Positions 11,636 to 20,717 of a stretch of DNA of 36,878 nucleotides are shown here, piece by piece. The notes under the pieces are model-generated. The model made no database searches. It was not told where the DNA came from and saw only the letters and a list, made by a program, of their open reading frames with translations. The translations under genes and the position numbers were made by a program. Within the stretch, counting starts at the first letter, position 1; every line of letters starts with the position of its first letter. Source of the stretch: a bacterium (GTDB taxonomy: Bacteria > Hinthialibacterota > Hinthialibacteria > Hinthialibacterales > Hinthialibacteraceae); assembly GCA_041946805.1 (NCBI GenBank), contig JBHGBC010000053.1:1-36878 (forward strand), in the 5' to 3' direction.

Positions 11636-11721
11636 GATTGGTTCTCCTGTATATATTCCTGTATCCATCCATCCGTTTCCGCGCACGCATGTGGATCTCG
11701 AAGGCGGTTCATCCGGCCGGC

Positions 11722-12411
11722 TCAGGATTCCGGCTGGCTTTCCTTCGGGGGGACGGAAACCTGCACCCGGGCGGGGCGCAGCAACCGGTCTTTCAAGAAA
11801 TACCCCGGCGTGATTTCCGCCACCACGGTTCCAGGTTTCACTGCGCCGGTTTCCGTCTGCATGATGGCTTCATGAATGAACGGATCGAAGGGTTGCCCCA
11901 CGCTCTCGATGCGGATCAGACCCTGGTCCTTCAATACCGCCATGAACTTCTGGAAAACGATTTCCACGCCTTTCCGGTACGACTCAACGTCACTGGATTC
12001 ATGATCGGGATGCAGGGCCCGTTCGAGGGCTTCCATGACATCCAGCAGTTGAAACAGGATGTCTTGAATCAACAGGTCCCGCAATTCCCCTTTTTCTTTC
12101 TGAACCCGTTTGCGATAATTGTCAAATTCGGCCTGCAAGCGCCGCAGGTGGTCCAGGTATTCGTCCCGCTCCTGGACCGCTTTTTGAAATTCCCCGGGGC
12201 TGATGACCGTGGCGTCTCCCACGGTGGCATCCCCGGCTCCAGCCTCTTTCATTTCCACGTTATCCACAACCGCATCCCCTTGGATATCTTGTTCCCATTT
12301 CTCTTCTTGTTTCCATTTCTCTTCGAGCGCGAGTTTCACTTCTCTCGGGGGGATTTTGGATTCCTCCGATGCCGAGTTCTCGCCGTCAGGAGGCGCCGAT
12401 TGATCCACCAT
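11722..12411 (-). CDS. grpE: Nucleotide exchange factor GrpE
   Basis: '[14 protein letters not shown]', '[11 protein letters not shown]', '[16 protein letters not shown]'. Start at ATG 12411 with AAGGAAG RBS. Confidence 0.95.
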   Translation of the reverse strand: MVDQSAPPDGENSASEESKIPPREVKLALEEKWKQEEKWEQDIQGDAVVDNVEMKEAGAGDATVGDATVISPGEFQKAVQERDEYLDHLRRLQAEFDNYRKRVQKEKGELRDLLIQDILFQLLDVMEALERALHPDHESSDVESYRKGVEIVFQKFMAVLKDQGLIRIESVGQPFDPFIHEAIMQTETGAVKPGTVVAEITPGYFLKDRLLRPARVQVSVPPKESQPES

Positions 12412-12557
12412 GTCATCTTCCTTGGTTCCCTGCGCGTTCCGTCGGGCCCGCGCACGCCCCGGCCGGTTCCCTGGAGCCCTGGAAGGATTGAACATCCCCC
12501 GGAACTGGGCAGTCCCGGCGCTCGCGCGGATTGCCCGATAAGCTGTATGCATTCTTA

Positions 12558-12573
12558 AGCAAGTAGCATTCCA
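12558..12573 (-). promoter_or_regulatory. Sigma54 (-24/-12) promoter of grpE-dnaK
   Basis: Minus strand TGGAATGCTACTTGCT is GG-N10-GC and close to the TGGCACG-N4-TTGCW consensus, about 147 nt upstream of the grpE start. Confidence 0.72.
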
Positions 12574-12590
12574 TCTCATTTTTTTTGTTA

Positions 12591-12603
12591 TAATTATTTG
12601 ATT
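12591..12603 (-). promoter_or_regulatory. IHF-binding consensus between the sigma54 promoter and upstream palindromes
   Basis: Minus strand AATCAAATAATTA matches WATCAANNNNTTR exactly, inside an AT-rich patch. Confidence 0.55.
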
Positions 12604-12997
12604 TATATCCATTTACATGTTGATTTCCTCTTGAAGTAGAAAAACCGGAACCGGCGTTCTTTGAGCCATAATGGCACGTCCAAGGATAGGAAAGGAGGAT
12701 CGCTGTGCCAAAAAGTCTGGAGAGCGGTTCAACTCGAATTTATTGAAGTTATAGCGTGAAGGTTACTAATAAGCCTTATGGGGATGATTCACGCGTAATA
12801 GGGAATACCGGTATGTTCCGTGGGTTGCACCCCTGCTTTTTTAGGTTCATCCGATAAGTGCGTATATTTTTCCGAACGCGTGACCGGATATCGATTCGAC
12901 GAAGGGGAGAGGGCCAGGGTGATGTAAAACTCCAATATCAGCGGTATTTCTCTTGCTCTGCTCTCAGAGAACCCGGGAGACAATATCGCCTTCTCCT

Positions 12998-13023
12998 GGA
13001 TCCCTGCTCGCGTGGGGATGACA
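12998..13023 (-). repeat. GTCATCCCC-type short palindromic repeat (copy 1; copy 2 at 16985-17010)
   Basis: TGTCATCCCCACGCGAGCAGGGATCC versus TGTCATCCCCGCGAAAGCGGAGATCT. Confidence 0.6.
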
Positions 13024-13067
13024 TTCTTGGGAGATCTTTGGATTCAGAGGAGTCTCCGGGAACTCCT

Positions 13068-13676
13068 CTATCTCACGGATTTAGCCAAATACGCCGCGAT
13101 GGCCTGGTCATATTTCGAGGTGTGCTGAAACGCCTTGGCCGCCAGATGGTGACGAAGCTCGAACGAAATGCCCCCTGATTCACGGATTTCCTTCAATACC
13201 ATCCCATAATCCGCCGGATCGGTGATCACCGTGACCGATCGGAAGTTCTTGGCCGCCGCCCGGATCATGGCCGGCCCGCCGATGTCGATGTTCTCCGTGG
13301 CTTCATCCAGGGTCACGCCCGGCTTGGCGATCGTGGCCTCGAACGGATAGAGATTGACCGCCACCAGGTCGATGGGCCGGATGCCGTACTTTTCGGCCTC
13401 GGCCGCCTGGGCGGGATCTTCGCGCTTGAACAGCAGTCCGCCGTGGATACGGGGATGCAGGGTTTTGACACGGCCGCGCAGCATTTCGGGTGAGCCGGTG
13501 TAGGCGCTGACTTCCTGATAGGAGATTCCCGCTTCCGCCAGGGCTTTTCCCGTCCCCCCCGTGGAGAGGAGGAGAACGTGTTGCTCGAACAAAGCCTCGG
13601 CGAACGCGGCGATGCCGGTTTTATCGAAAACCGAAAGAATGGCCGTGTGAATAGGAACGATCGAGGTTGCGTTCAT
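13068..13676 (-). CDS. purH: IMP cyclohydrolase (N-terminal MGS-like domain of PurH only)
   Basis: 'AILSVFDKTGI', 'STGGT', 'YTGSPEMLRGRVKTLHPRIHGGLL', 'VNLYPFE', 'ENIDIGGPAMIRAAAKNF', 'AFQHTSKYDQAIAAYL'. Ends at 202 aa with no AICAR transformylase domain. Confidence 0.88.
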   Translation of the reverse strand: MNATSIVPIHTAILSVFDKTGIAAFAEALFEQHVLLLSTGGTGKALAEAGISYQEVSAYTGSPEMLRGRVKTLHPRIHGGLLFKREDPAQAAEAEKYGIRPIDLVAVNLYPFEATIAKPGVTLDEATENIDIGGPAMIRAAAKNFRSVTVITDPADYGMVLKEIRESGGISFELRHHLAAKAFQHTSKYDQAIAAYLAKSVR

Positions 13677-13802
13677 GAGGTCATGACTCCCTATGGAAAT
13701 TCAAAATTGTGGTTCATCTGGCAAGTTTACATCCGCTGATGAAGAAGGCATTCCAACCACTCGAGGATTCGGGCGGTCACCCAGGTCCGCCCCTGCAAAA
13801 TT

Positions 13803-13837
13803 CCCTCACCCTGTCCCTCTCCCAGAGGGACAGGGGA
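13803..13837 (+). repeat. BoxC-like CCCTCACCC..CCTCTCCC..GGGAGAGGG repeat
   Basis: CCCTCACCCTGTCCCTCTCCCAGAGGGACAGGGGA. Related copies at 12904-12922 (half, minus), 15383-15415, 16685-16711 (truncated), 16874-16906 and 22228-22260 (minus). Confidence 0.75.
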
Positions 13838-13934
13838 ATTGATTTCCCGGCCAGCCCGGTCGACATGCAGACGGAGATGCTTGAAAAAAGTACTCACTAT
13901 CGGTTGAGCCATTAAAAAGGCATTCCCTCCATTG

Positions 13935-15287
13935 TCAATTGAAAGTTTCAACCTCAAGATTAATATTGGGGAATACCTGCTTTTCCTCCTTCCCGTCCCA
14001 CCGCACCGTCCACAGGGCCTGATCCCGGTAGAACAACAAGTGTTCGGCGTCCAGGGGAACCCGGCTGAACCGCCGGGGTGAGGGGGATGGCGGCAAGGGG
14101 ACGGCGGTGGGCTCCATGCCGAAACGGCCCCGGGAGCCATCTGGATTTTTTTCCCGTTCCGTGACGAACAGCGTCTCCGCGCCGATAATATCGGGCTGCG
14201 GGTTGATTGGGGGCGCGAGTACCAGGATCTCATTATTCCGCATGGCGGCCAGGGGCGGGATGGGGAGGAAATCTCCCACGATCTGGAAGATATCCCGGGG
14301 GCGGCCCGCCGCAAGCTGGTCCGCCTGAATTTCCACCACCGGGCGCGCCGGAGGCATTTCAGACACGAACAACAGGCAAGGTTGTCCGGGTTGGCTGCTC
14401 AACGGTGTCAACTGAGGAGGCATTATGGAATGGGCGCGCGATTCGACTTTCTCCCGCCGCAACTGGGGATAGAGCGTGTAAATGGCTTCCCAGGCCACTT
14501 CCCGGACCGACGGGGGATCATCCCGCAGGAAAAAGAGGAATGCCTTCTTGCCTAAATCCATCCCCAGGTAAGCGCGGTTCTCCACCGGAACGCAGCTGAA
14601 TGGCAGATTGGCTCCATTCCACGTATTTTTTTTCATGAAATGACCCGATGAAAATATGTATTCAGACATGAAACCTATGGATGAATCGCCTCCCGTGAAC
14701 ATATCGGCTGCCTGGGATGATGGATACAAAATCTTGGGATATGTTCTGTTTTTCCGTAAAATTCCAGAGCGGACCACTTGGTATTGCGTGGTGGGATGAC
14801 GCACGAAAAGCCATCCCAGGGATCGTTCGAGAGATGCATATTTTCCCCGGATCCGGATGAACCAATCAGGATAGGCGAGATGAAAACATTCCAATAGGAG
14901 TTGAGGTTCTCCATCCATGACAAACGATTCGGATAGTCTGATCTCTTGCTCTTCCCGCGGCCAGATCCGGAAATTGTCCCAGTGCACCGAGAGAAGCCGC
15001 CGTCCCCGGGCAGTGTCGATCAAAAATCCCCAGACATGAATCCGGCGGTCCATGGAAACGGTTTTTTCCTGGGACGCGAATTGGCAGTAAACATAGGGAG
15101 AATGCGCCAAGGGCTTGAGGGATTGCAATTCATACCCAGCGAGCACTTCGCGCGGGATGCCGAAATCTTCCGCTTCCGTGGCCTCGATGGCGATCGCGGG
15201 ACGGTAGGGAGGATCGAAAATATATGAGGCGACAAATCCTAAGCCGAGAATTACAAGGAACGTAGAGACAAGGCGCTTTTTTCTCAT
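13935..15287 (-). CDS. Hypothetical exported/membrane-anchored protein
   Basis: Long ORF (up to 15389). Likely start MRKKRLVSTFLVILGLGFVA with a TM segment. No family recognised. Confidence 0.6.
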   Translation of the reverse strand: MRKKRLVSTFLVILGLGFVASYIFDPPYRPAIAIEATEAEDFGIPREVLAGYELQSLKPLAHSPYVYCQFASQEKTVSMDRRIHVWGFLIDTARGRRLLSVHWDNFRIWPREEQEIRLSESFVMDGEPQLLLECFHLAYPDWFIRIRGKYASLERSLGWLFVRHPTTQYQVVRSGILRKNRTYPKILYPSSQAADMFTGGDSSIGFMSEYIFSSGHFMKKNTWNGANLPFSCVPVENRAYLGMDLGKKAFLFFLRDDPPSVREVAWEAIYTLYPQLRREKVESRAHSIMPPQLTPLSSQPGQPCLLFVSEMPPARPVVEIQADQLAAGRPRDIFQIVGDFLPIPPLAAMRNNEILVLAPPINPQPDIIGAETLFVTEREKNPDGSRGRFGMEPTAVPLPPSPSPRRFSRVPLDAEHLLFYRDQALWTVRWDGKEEKQVFPNINLEVETFN

Positions 15288-15382
15288 GCGGATGCGGGCG
15301 GCTTTCTCGAGGATGTAGTCCAGGTATTCGCGACCATTTACTCGATTGCTGAGAAAGGATGAATTTTGCCCTTTCAGGGCAT

Positions 15383-15415
15383 CCCTCACCCTAATCCTCT
15401 CCCAGAGGGAGAGGG
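15383..15415 (+). repeat. BoxC-like repeat
   Basis: CCCTCACCCTAATCCTCTCCCAGAGGGAGAGGG. Confidence 0.75.
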
Positions 15416-15432
15416 ACGGCGCATAATCCCCG

Positions 15433-16548
15433 TCAACGAGTTGGGGGGGCGAGACGCCGCAGATACCACTCGGCGTTCCCCCGCAGCCGGGTATTGCCGG
15501 CCGCGGCGGCGGCTTTTTCGAATTTTTCCCGGGCTTGCTTGCGGGAGACGGCGTCCCCCAGGTTGTACAGCCCGACCGCCTCGTTGTAGAGAAACTCGAT
15601 TTCCTCCGGATGCAGCGAGTAAGCCTTGCGGGACAGGTTGATCAGCATCTCCTGATCCCCTTTTTTATAATAGACCTCGCTGAGGCTTTTGACCGTCACC
15701 GGCGAGGTATCCTGCAGAGTGAGAAAAAACTCCTCGGCGAAATCCAGCCAGCCATACTGCAAGTAGCGGTCCAGCAAGGCCCGCTGTGCCTGGGGATCGG
15801 CGGGATTGCGCCATACCCTTTGCTCCAAATCGTTCAAACCGGATTCACGGCCAAGGTATTGCTTCAGTTCCGCCAATTCCTTACGGGCAGGATAAAAATT
15901 CTTCAACCGGTAATAATCGCTTTCCACGGTTGGATATTCCCGTTGATGGAACAAGCACTTCTCGCGCAGGGTGATGAGTTCCAGGTTGTCCTCTTTCTTG
16001 CCCCGCTGCGCCAGGATGGCTTCCAACTCTTTCCGGGCTTCGTCGAATTTCCGGCGCTTGAAGAGATCGCGCGCGAATGCGATCCGCTTCTCCAAGGGCA
16101 CATGGGTCCATAAATCACTTTCCGGGGACGTGACGCTCCGGGTGGCGGGAGGAGAAGCGGGCATGGGGATCTTGGAGACTTCCGGAGCTGGTTTCGGGGA
16201 TTTGACCGGGGATTTGACCGGGGATTTCGTGTCGCCGGTTTCGGGACCAAAGTATTGCGAGAGATCCTCCGGTTCGAGTTCATCCGGCTTGCGAGGTCCC
16301 AACTCGGGACGTGGACGCGCGGGGCGTATCTGGGACGCGGATTTCCGCGCCGCCTGGGGTTTCTGCGCGTCCTGATATTTACGCATCAAGTCGGCCCGGA
16401 GCAGATTGAGCAGCGAATTGGTTCCTTGATCCGCCTCCAGCAGTGAAGGCATGAACGGGGGCGCTTCCTGTCCGCTGGCCGCGCAGGAGAAGAACAGGAT
16501 CAGGAAAACCGTGGAAAATCCGCTCAACCTCAGAGCCATGGGAGTCAT
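15433..16548 (-). CDS. Exported TPR-like protein
   Basis: Signal peptide, P/K/S-rich linker (KSPVKSPVKSPK), helical repeats ('FLYNEAVGLYNLG'). Confidence 0.65.
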   Translation of the reverse strand: MTPMALRLSGFSTVFLILFFSCAASGQEAPPFMPSLLEADQGTNSLLNLLRADLMRKYQDAQKPQAARKSASQIRPARPRPELGPRKPDELEPEDLSQYFGPETGDTKSPVKSPVKSPKPAPEVSKIPMPASPPATRSVTSPESDLWTHVPLEKRIAFARDLFKRRKFDEARKELEAILAQRGKKEDNLELITLREKCLFHQREYPTVESDYYRLKNFYPARKELAELKQYLGRESGLNDLEQRVWRNPADPQAQRALLDRYLQYGWLDFAEEFFLTLQDTSPVTVKSLSEVYYKKGDQEMLINLSRKAYSLHPEEIEFLYNEAVGLYNLGDAVSRKQAREKFEKAAAAAGNTRLRGNAEWYLRRLAPPTR

Positions 16549-16684
16549 ACCGCGGCGCCTTCACTCCTTGCCGATAGGGAAATTGAAGCTGGTTTTCGTT
16601 GGATTTTCCAGGGGAATGGGGAATGGGTTCCCAACCCGTGGGTAGTCTCATCTTGGCCGGGAAGGCCAAACCTCCTCGGATTTT

Positions 16685-17010
16685 CCCTCACCCTAATCCT
16701 CTCCCAGAGGGCTGATCTTTACTCACAGGTTTTGATCCGCGAGGGCGGACCTCCTGGTGAGCCGTTGGAAACCTGGGGCGTTTCGGAACCATTCGGCCCG
16801 GCGGGAGCCTCGCCCTCCCGATCCAAACCAAGGTTTTCTGCCAACCGAAGGGTTGTAATTTCCGCACGTTTTTCCCTCACTCCATCCCTCTCCCAGAGGG
16901 AGAGGGCGCCGAGAAGGGAGGTTATGGGTTTGATGGGTTACGCGCTACGCGCTAACCCACCCTGCGATTTCACGGCAATCATCTAGATCTCCGCTTTCGC
17001 GGGGATGACA
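16685..17010. repeat. Mosaic cluster of palindromic intergenic repeats
   Basis: BoxC-like 16685-16711 and 16874-16906; inverted pair GAGGGCG..GAGCCG 16741-16764 / 16794-16819; GTAG-type REP 16932-16965; GTCATCCCC-type 16985-17010. Confidence 0.7.
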
Positions 17011-17115
17011 TCTTTACGAGACTTTTTGGGAAAGACCAGCTCAAAAGGAGAGGAGAGTGAGATGAGATTGATGACTTTTTCTAAACTTCCCCTCCAGGAC
17101 AATTAATATTGATCC

Positions 17116-20100
17116 CTAGTCCAACTCGGTCACAAAATGATAATTCCCCGCAGGTAAATCCAAGACGAAACATCCTTCCTCATACCGGGGACGTTCGGGA
17201 AGTTTGCCGCTCTTTTCGGTTATCTTTTCGGGATGGGATGACGGAATATACACCGCCGCCGCCGTGTTGGGTGGAATGGCGCATACCAATTCGTATGTCT
17301 TTTCCGTATGTTTCCAGGATACATGTATCATCCCAAACAGCGTATCCAGCGTGCCTTTCGCGTAGGTCAGTCCGCCGCCGGGAATGGGATGGATGACGAA
17401 ATGCTCGAAGGCCGGATGTTCGGGATCCGGCTGAATGCCCAAAATATGCCGGAACATCCACTCGCCCACCGATCCGAAAGCGTAATGATTGAACGAATTC
17501 ATGCCGGGATTCTGAAAACCGCGTCCCTCCACCCAGCCATCCCACCTTTCCCAAACGGTGGTTGCGCCCTGATCGACCATGTAGCCCCACGAGGGAATGG
17601 TCCGGTTGGTCAGCAGCCGGTAAGCCACATCCGGGTGATCCCAGCGCACCAGTTCCAGCATCATGCGGTGCGTGGCCTGGATGCCGGTGGAGATGTGTTG
17701 GTTGTACTCTTCAATCTTCCGGAGAAGATGCTGAACCGCCAGCGGACGTTGATCTTCCGGCAGCAGATCGAAATGCAAGGCCAGCCCGTAAACGCTTTGA
17801 TTGTCGCTGGCAATGCGTCCATCCGGCTGGACAAAACGCTTACAAAACGCCGCCTTGATATCCCCGGCCAGCCGGGCGTATTGTTCCGCTTCATCATTCT
17901 TTCCTAGAATTTTCGCCATCTTTGACAGAATTTCCGTGGAATGGGCGTAAAACGCGGTGGCGAAAATGTCCCGCGGCGTGTCGGCCCCTTTCTTCGGCCA
18001 ATTTTCCAAAATCAATTGATCGCCGTTGAGCCAGTCGCCGTAATCGTTGCCGCGTCCCTGAATCCAGATCCCCTCCGGGCTTTGACTCCGGACAAATTCC
18101 ACCCACCGTTTTGCCGCGTCGTAATGGCGTTCGAGAATCCGCGTATCGCCGTAATTGACGTACATCCGCCAGGGGATGATCACCCCCGCGTCCGCCCAGG
18201 CGGGAGCGGCCAGGAATGCGTTCTTGCTCTTGGCGGGATTGGGCGAAAAATCGGCGAAGCGGCCGTCGTCCGCCTGCGCGTCGCGGATATCCTGGCACCA
18301 CTTGGTATAGAACGCGGCCATGTTCATGATGAAGCAAGCGGTCTGCGAAAACGCCTGCGCGTCGCCCATCCACCCCAGGCGTTCGTCGCGCTGGGGGCAA
18401 TCGGTGGGGGTGGAATGCAGGTTGCCGCGCTTGGTCCAGACGATGTTTTTCATCAACTGGTTGAGCATCGGGTCCGAGCATTCGAAAGTCCCATTGAGCG
18501 GCGCGGCGGAATGGAACACGCAGCCGGCCATATCGCCCCGCGAGGGCTTGCGGGTGAGGCCCCTCGCTTCCACGTAGCGGAACCCATGGTAGGTGAAATG
18601 CGGTTCGAAGACGGCTTCACCGCCCCGGCTAATGAAAACGTCCTTCTGATACTCTTGCACGGGATCGCGGCGGTTGTGATCGCGCAGGTTTTGCGTGTAC
18701 ACCGTGCCGTCGGGATTCAGCATCTCGCCATGAAGGATTTCGATCTTCTGCCCGGCCTCGCCCCGGATCCTGAGCCGGTGCCAGCCCACCATGTTCTGTC
18801 CCAGATCGAAGACATATACGCCAGGCATGGGCTCCGTGATTTGCACCGGACTGAGTTCCTGGGTGATTTGGATCGGCTCGTTGGGCTGGGCCACGAGTTT
18901 TGCGTTCACAGGCGGCAGGAGCGATACCGGTTGCCAGGCGCTGTCATCGAAGCCCGGTGTGTCCCATCCCGGCATCTCCAGGCGCGCGTCGTAGGTCTCG
19001 CCGCGAATGATATCCGATCCGCGGATAGGGCCCTGATCCGTGATTTTCCAACTCGGTCCGGTGACCACCGTGCGCGTGGTTCCATCTCCACACTCGATTT
19101 CCAACTGCGCCAGGAAACCCAGACGTGAACCATACTGCCGCGGCCCCAAGAGGCCCACCATCCCGGCGTACCAGCCTTCCCCCAGCATCGCGCCGATGAC
19201 ATTTTCCCCTTGCCGCAGCATTTCAGTTACATCATAGGCTTGCACCTGAATCCGCTGATGGTAATCGGTCCACTCCGGGGCGAGAAGATTCTTCCCCACG
19301 CGCTGCCCGTTGATCCGCGCTTCGTAGAGCCCCAACGCGGTGGCGTACAGAGTGGCGCGCCGGACGGGCACATTCAGCGTAAAGGTCTTGCGCAGCATGG
19401 GCGAAGGACTGGGCGGGGCGAACTTCGCTTCACGCGTCTCTTTGATACCGTCGGTCAAATGGCGCAGCGACCAGACATCCGATTCGATGGTATCGAACGC
19501 TTTAGCCGGGTATCCCTGAGAGATGACCTCCCCCCCGGAGAGGCATTCCATCTCGGCCAGGGCGAAGGCGTAATTGTCCGCGTCGCGATGAGCCAGGCGG
19601 GTGATCGTCAGCCGGACATAGCGGCATGTCCGGGGAGAAAATTCCTGCTCCATCATGGCCGCGCCGGGATTAGGTATATCCTCGCCGGTCCGGTCCCATA
19701 CGGTTTCACTCGTTTGAAACTCGGGATCGTTGGAGACCTCCGCGCGAAACCGCACGGGGAACAGAAAACCGGGATTCTTGGAATAATCGAAAGGCTGGCA
19801 AGGATGCAGCCGCACAGCATCCACACGGCGGGATTGGCCCAGATCGATTTGCACCCACTTGGCATGATCCGCGGATTTTTCCAGTTGGCTATGATAGCCC
19901 ACATGCGGCGCGACGTTGTCCGGCAGAGCGCCTTCCAGACCGATCCATTGCGCTTTCCAATCCGAGGCATTCAGCAGACCCATCTGCCAGAAAGCGGCCG
20001 GGGCGAATGGGCTGGGGCGGCCCTGTTCATCCCAAACGCGGACTGTCCAATAATACCGCGTATTGGAGCGCAACGGCGGGCCGGAATACACGATGTGGAT

Positions 20101-20385
20101 GGATTGATCCGAATCGACTTTGCCCGTATCGAGCACATCCGCTTGGGATTCGCGCAATAAATCCGGACTCGAGGCCACCAGCAACTGATAGGCGGTTTGC
20201 TTTTGAAACTCCCCGGGCAACTGCCACGATAGCCGGGGCGCGGGTTCATCCATCCCCATGGGATTGATCCGGTATTCACAAACCAGGTTATGAGGACTCC
20301 CGGTAGCTTCTTCCGCCAGGCTGGATGCGAAACCCAGCCATCCCAAGAACGCGCCCGCAATCAAGACTGTGATGTGGCTACGCAT
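17116..20385 (-). CDS. Alpha-L-rhamnosidase, glycoside hydrolase family 78, with F5/8 type C-like insert
   Basis: Signal peptide from MRSHITV, 'PRLSW', 'LRKTF', 'TALGLYE', 'VFDLGQNMVGW', 'FTYHGFRYVE', 'PTDCPQRDERLGWMGD', 'GATTVWERWD', 'MNSFNHYAFG'. Insert 'WVQIDLG'. Confidence 0.93.
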   Translation of the reverse strand: MRSHITVLIAGAFLGWLGFASSLAEEATGSPHNLVCEYRINPMGMDEPAPRLSWQLPGEFQKQTAYQLLVASSPDLLRESQADVLDTGKVDSDQSIHIVYSGPPLRSNTRYYWTVRVWDEQGRPSPFAPAAFWQMGLLNASDWKAQWIGLEGALPDNVAPHVGYHSQLEKSADHAKWVQIDLGQSRRVDAVRLHPCQPFDYSKNPGFLFPVRFRAEVSNDPEFQTSETVWDRTGEDIPNPGAAMMEQEFSPRTCRYVRLTITRLAHRDADNYAFALAEMECLSGGEVISQGYPAKAFDTIESDVWSLRHLTDGIKETREAKFAPPSPSPMLRKTFTLNVPVRRATLYATALGLYEARINGQRVGKNLLAPEWTDYHQRIQVQAYDVTEMLRQGENVIGAMLGEGWYAGMVGLLGPRQYGSRLGFLAQLEIECGDGTTRTVVTGPSWKITDQGPIRGSDIIRGETYDARLEMPGWDTPGFDDSAWQPVSLLPPVNAKLVAQPNEPIQITQELSPVQITEPMPGVYVFDLGQNMVGWHRLRIRGEAGQKIEILHGEMLNPDGTVYTQNLRDHNRRDPVQEYQKDVFISRGGEAVFEPHFTYHGFRYVEARGLTRKPSRGDMAGCVFHSAAPLNGTFECSDPMLNQLMKNIVWTKRGNLHSTPTDCPQRDERLGWMGDAQAFSQTACFIMNMAAFYTKWCQDIRDAQADDGRFADFSPNPAKSKNAFLAAPAWADAGVIIPWRMYVNYGDTRILERHYDAAKRWVEFVRSQSPEGIWIQGRGNDYGDWLNGDQLILENWPKKGADTPRDIFATAFYAHSTEILSKMAKILGKNDEAEQYARLAGDIKAAFCKRFVQPDGRIASDNQSVYGLALHFDLLPEDQRPLAVQHLLRKIEEYNQHISTGIQATHRMMLELVRWDHPDVAYRLLTNRTIPSWGYMVDQGATTVWERWDGWVEGRGFQNPGMNSFNHYAFGSVGEWMFRHILGIQPDPEHPAFEHFVIHPIPGGGLTYAKGTLDTLFGMIHVSWKHTEKTYELVCAIPPNTAAAVYIPSSHPEKITEKSGKLPERPRYEEGCFVLDLPAGNYHFVTELD

Positions 20386-20428
20386 GATTTTCTCCCCGAT
20401 CGATCCTTTCATTTTCCCAATTGATATA

Positions 20429-20458
20429 GTGGATTTCGCGGTGCGCAATCCACCCTAC
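20429..20458 (-). repeat. GTAG-type REP palindrome
   Basis: GTAGGGTGGATTGCGCACCGCGAAATCCAC; related to 16932-16965. Confidence 0.6.
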
Positions 20459-20717
20459 ATTGTAGGGACGTAGTGGAGTAGGCGGCACTTTGATCCCACC
20501 CGGCGAATCACCCACTCCTCTTTCCTTTTCAGGAGAGGAGCCGGCATGGAGAAGCAAGGGAGTATATACGCTTGGGGCGGCCCGCCAGCCGCCCCTTCAC
20601 AGCGCATACCAACGATGTTCTGGGCGAACCTGGCTCCCAGGAATCACTCCAGCAAGCGGCAACATTCACCCTCCATCCCGCATCACCGCCGGATCGGGGC
20701 CTCCCTGCAAACCGGCC

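Noticed and set aside
12412..13067. CIRCE or sigma32 promoter upstream of grpE
   Set aside because: No TTAGCACTC-N9-GAGTGCTAA and no convincing CTTGAA/CCCCAT pair on the coding strand. The CTGGCCCTC near 12910 belongs to a BoxC-like half repeat.
16190..16230. 12-bp tandem repeat GGATTTGACCGG
   Set aside because: It encodes the KSPV linker repeat of the TPR-like protein; ordinary low-complexity coding sequence.
20460..20717. tRNA or riboswitch upstream of the rhamnosidase
   Set aside because: Only short hairpins (for example CTCCTC/GAGGAG) are present, with no cloverleaf, T-loop or recognisable aptamer.
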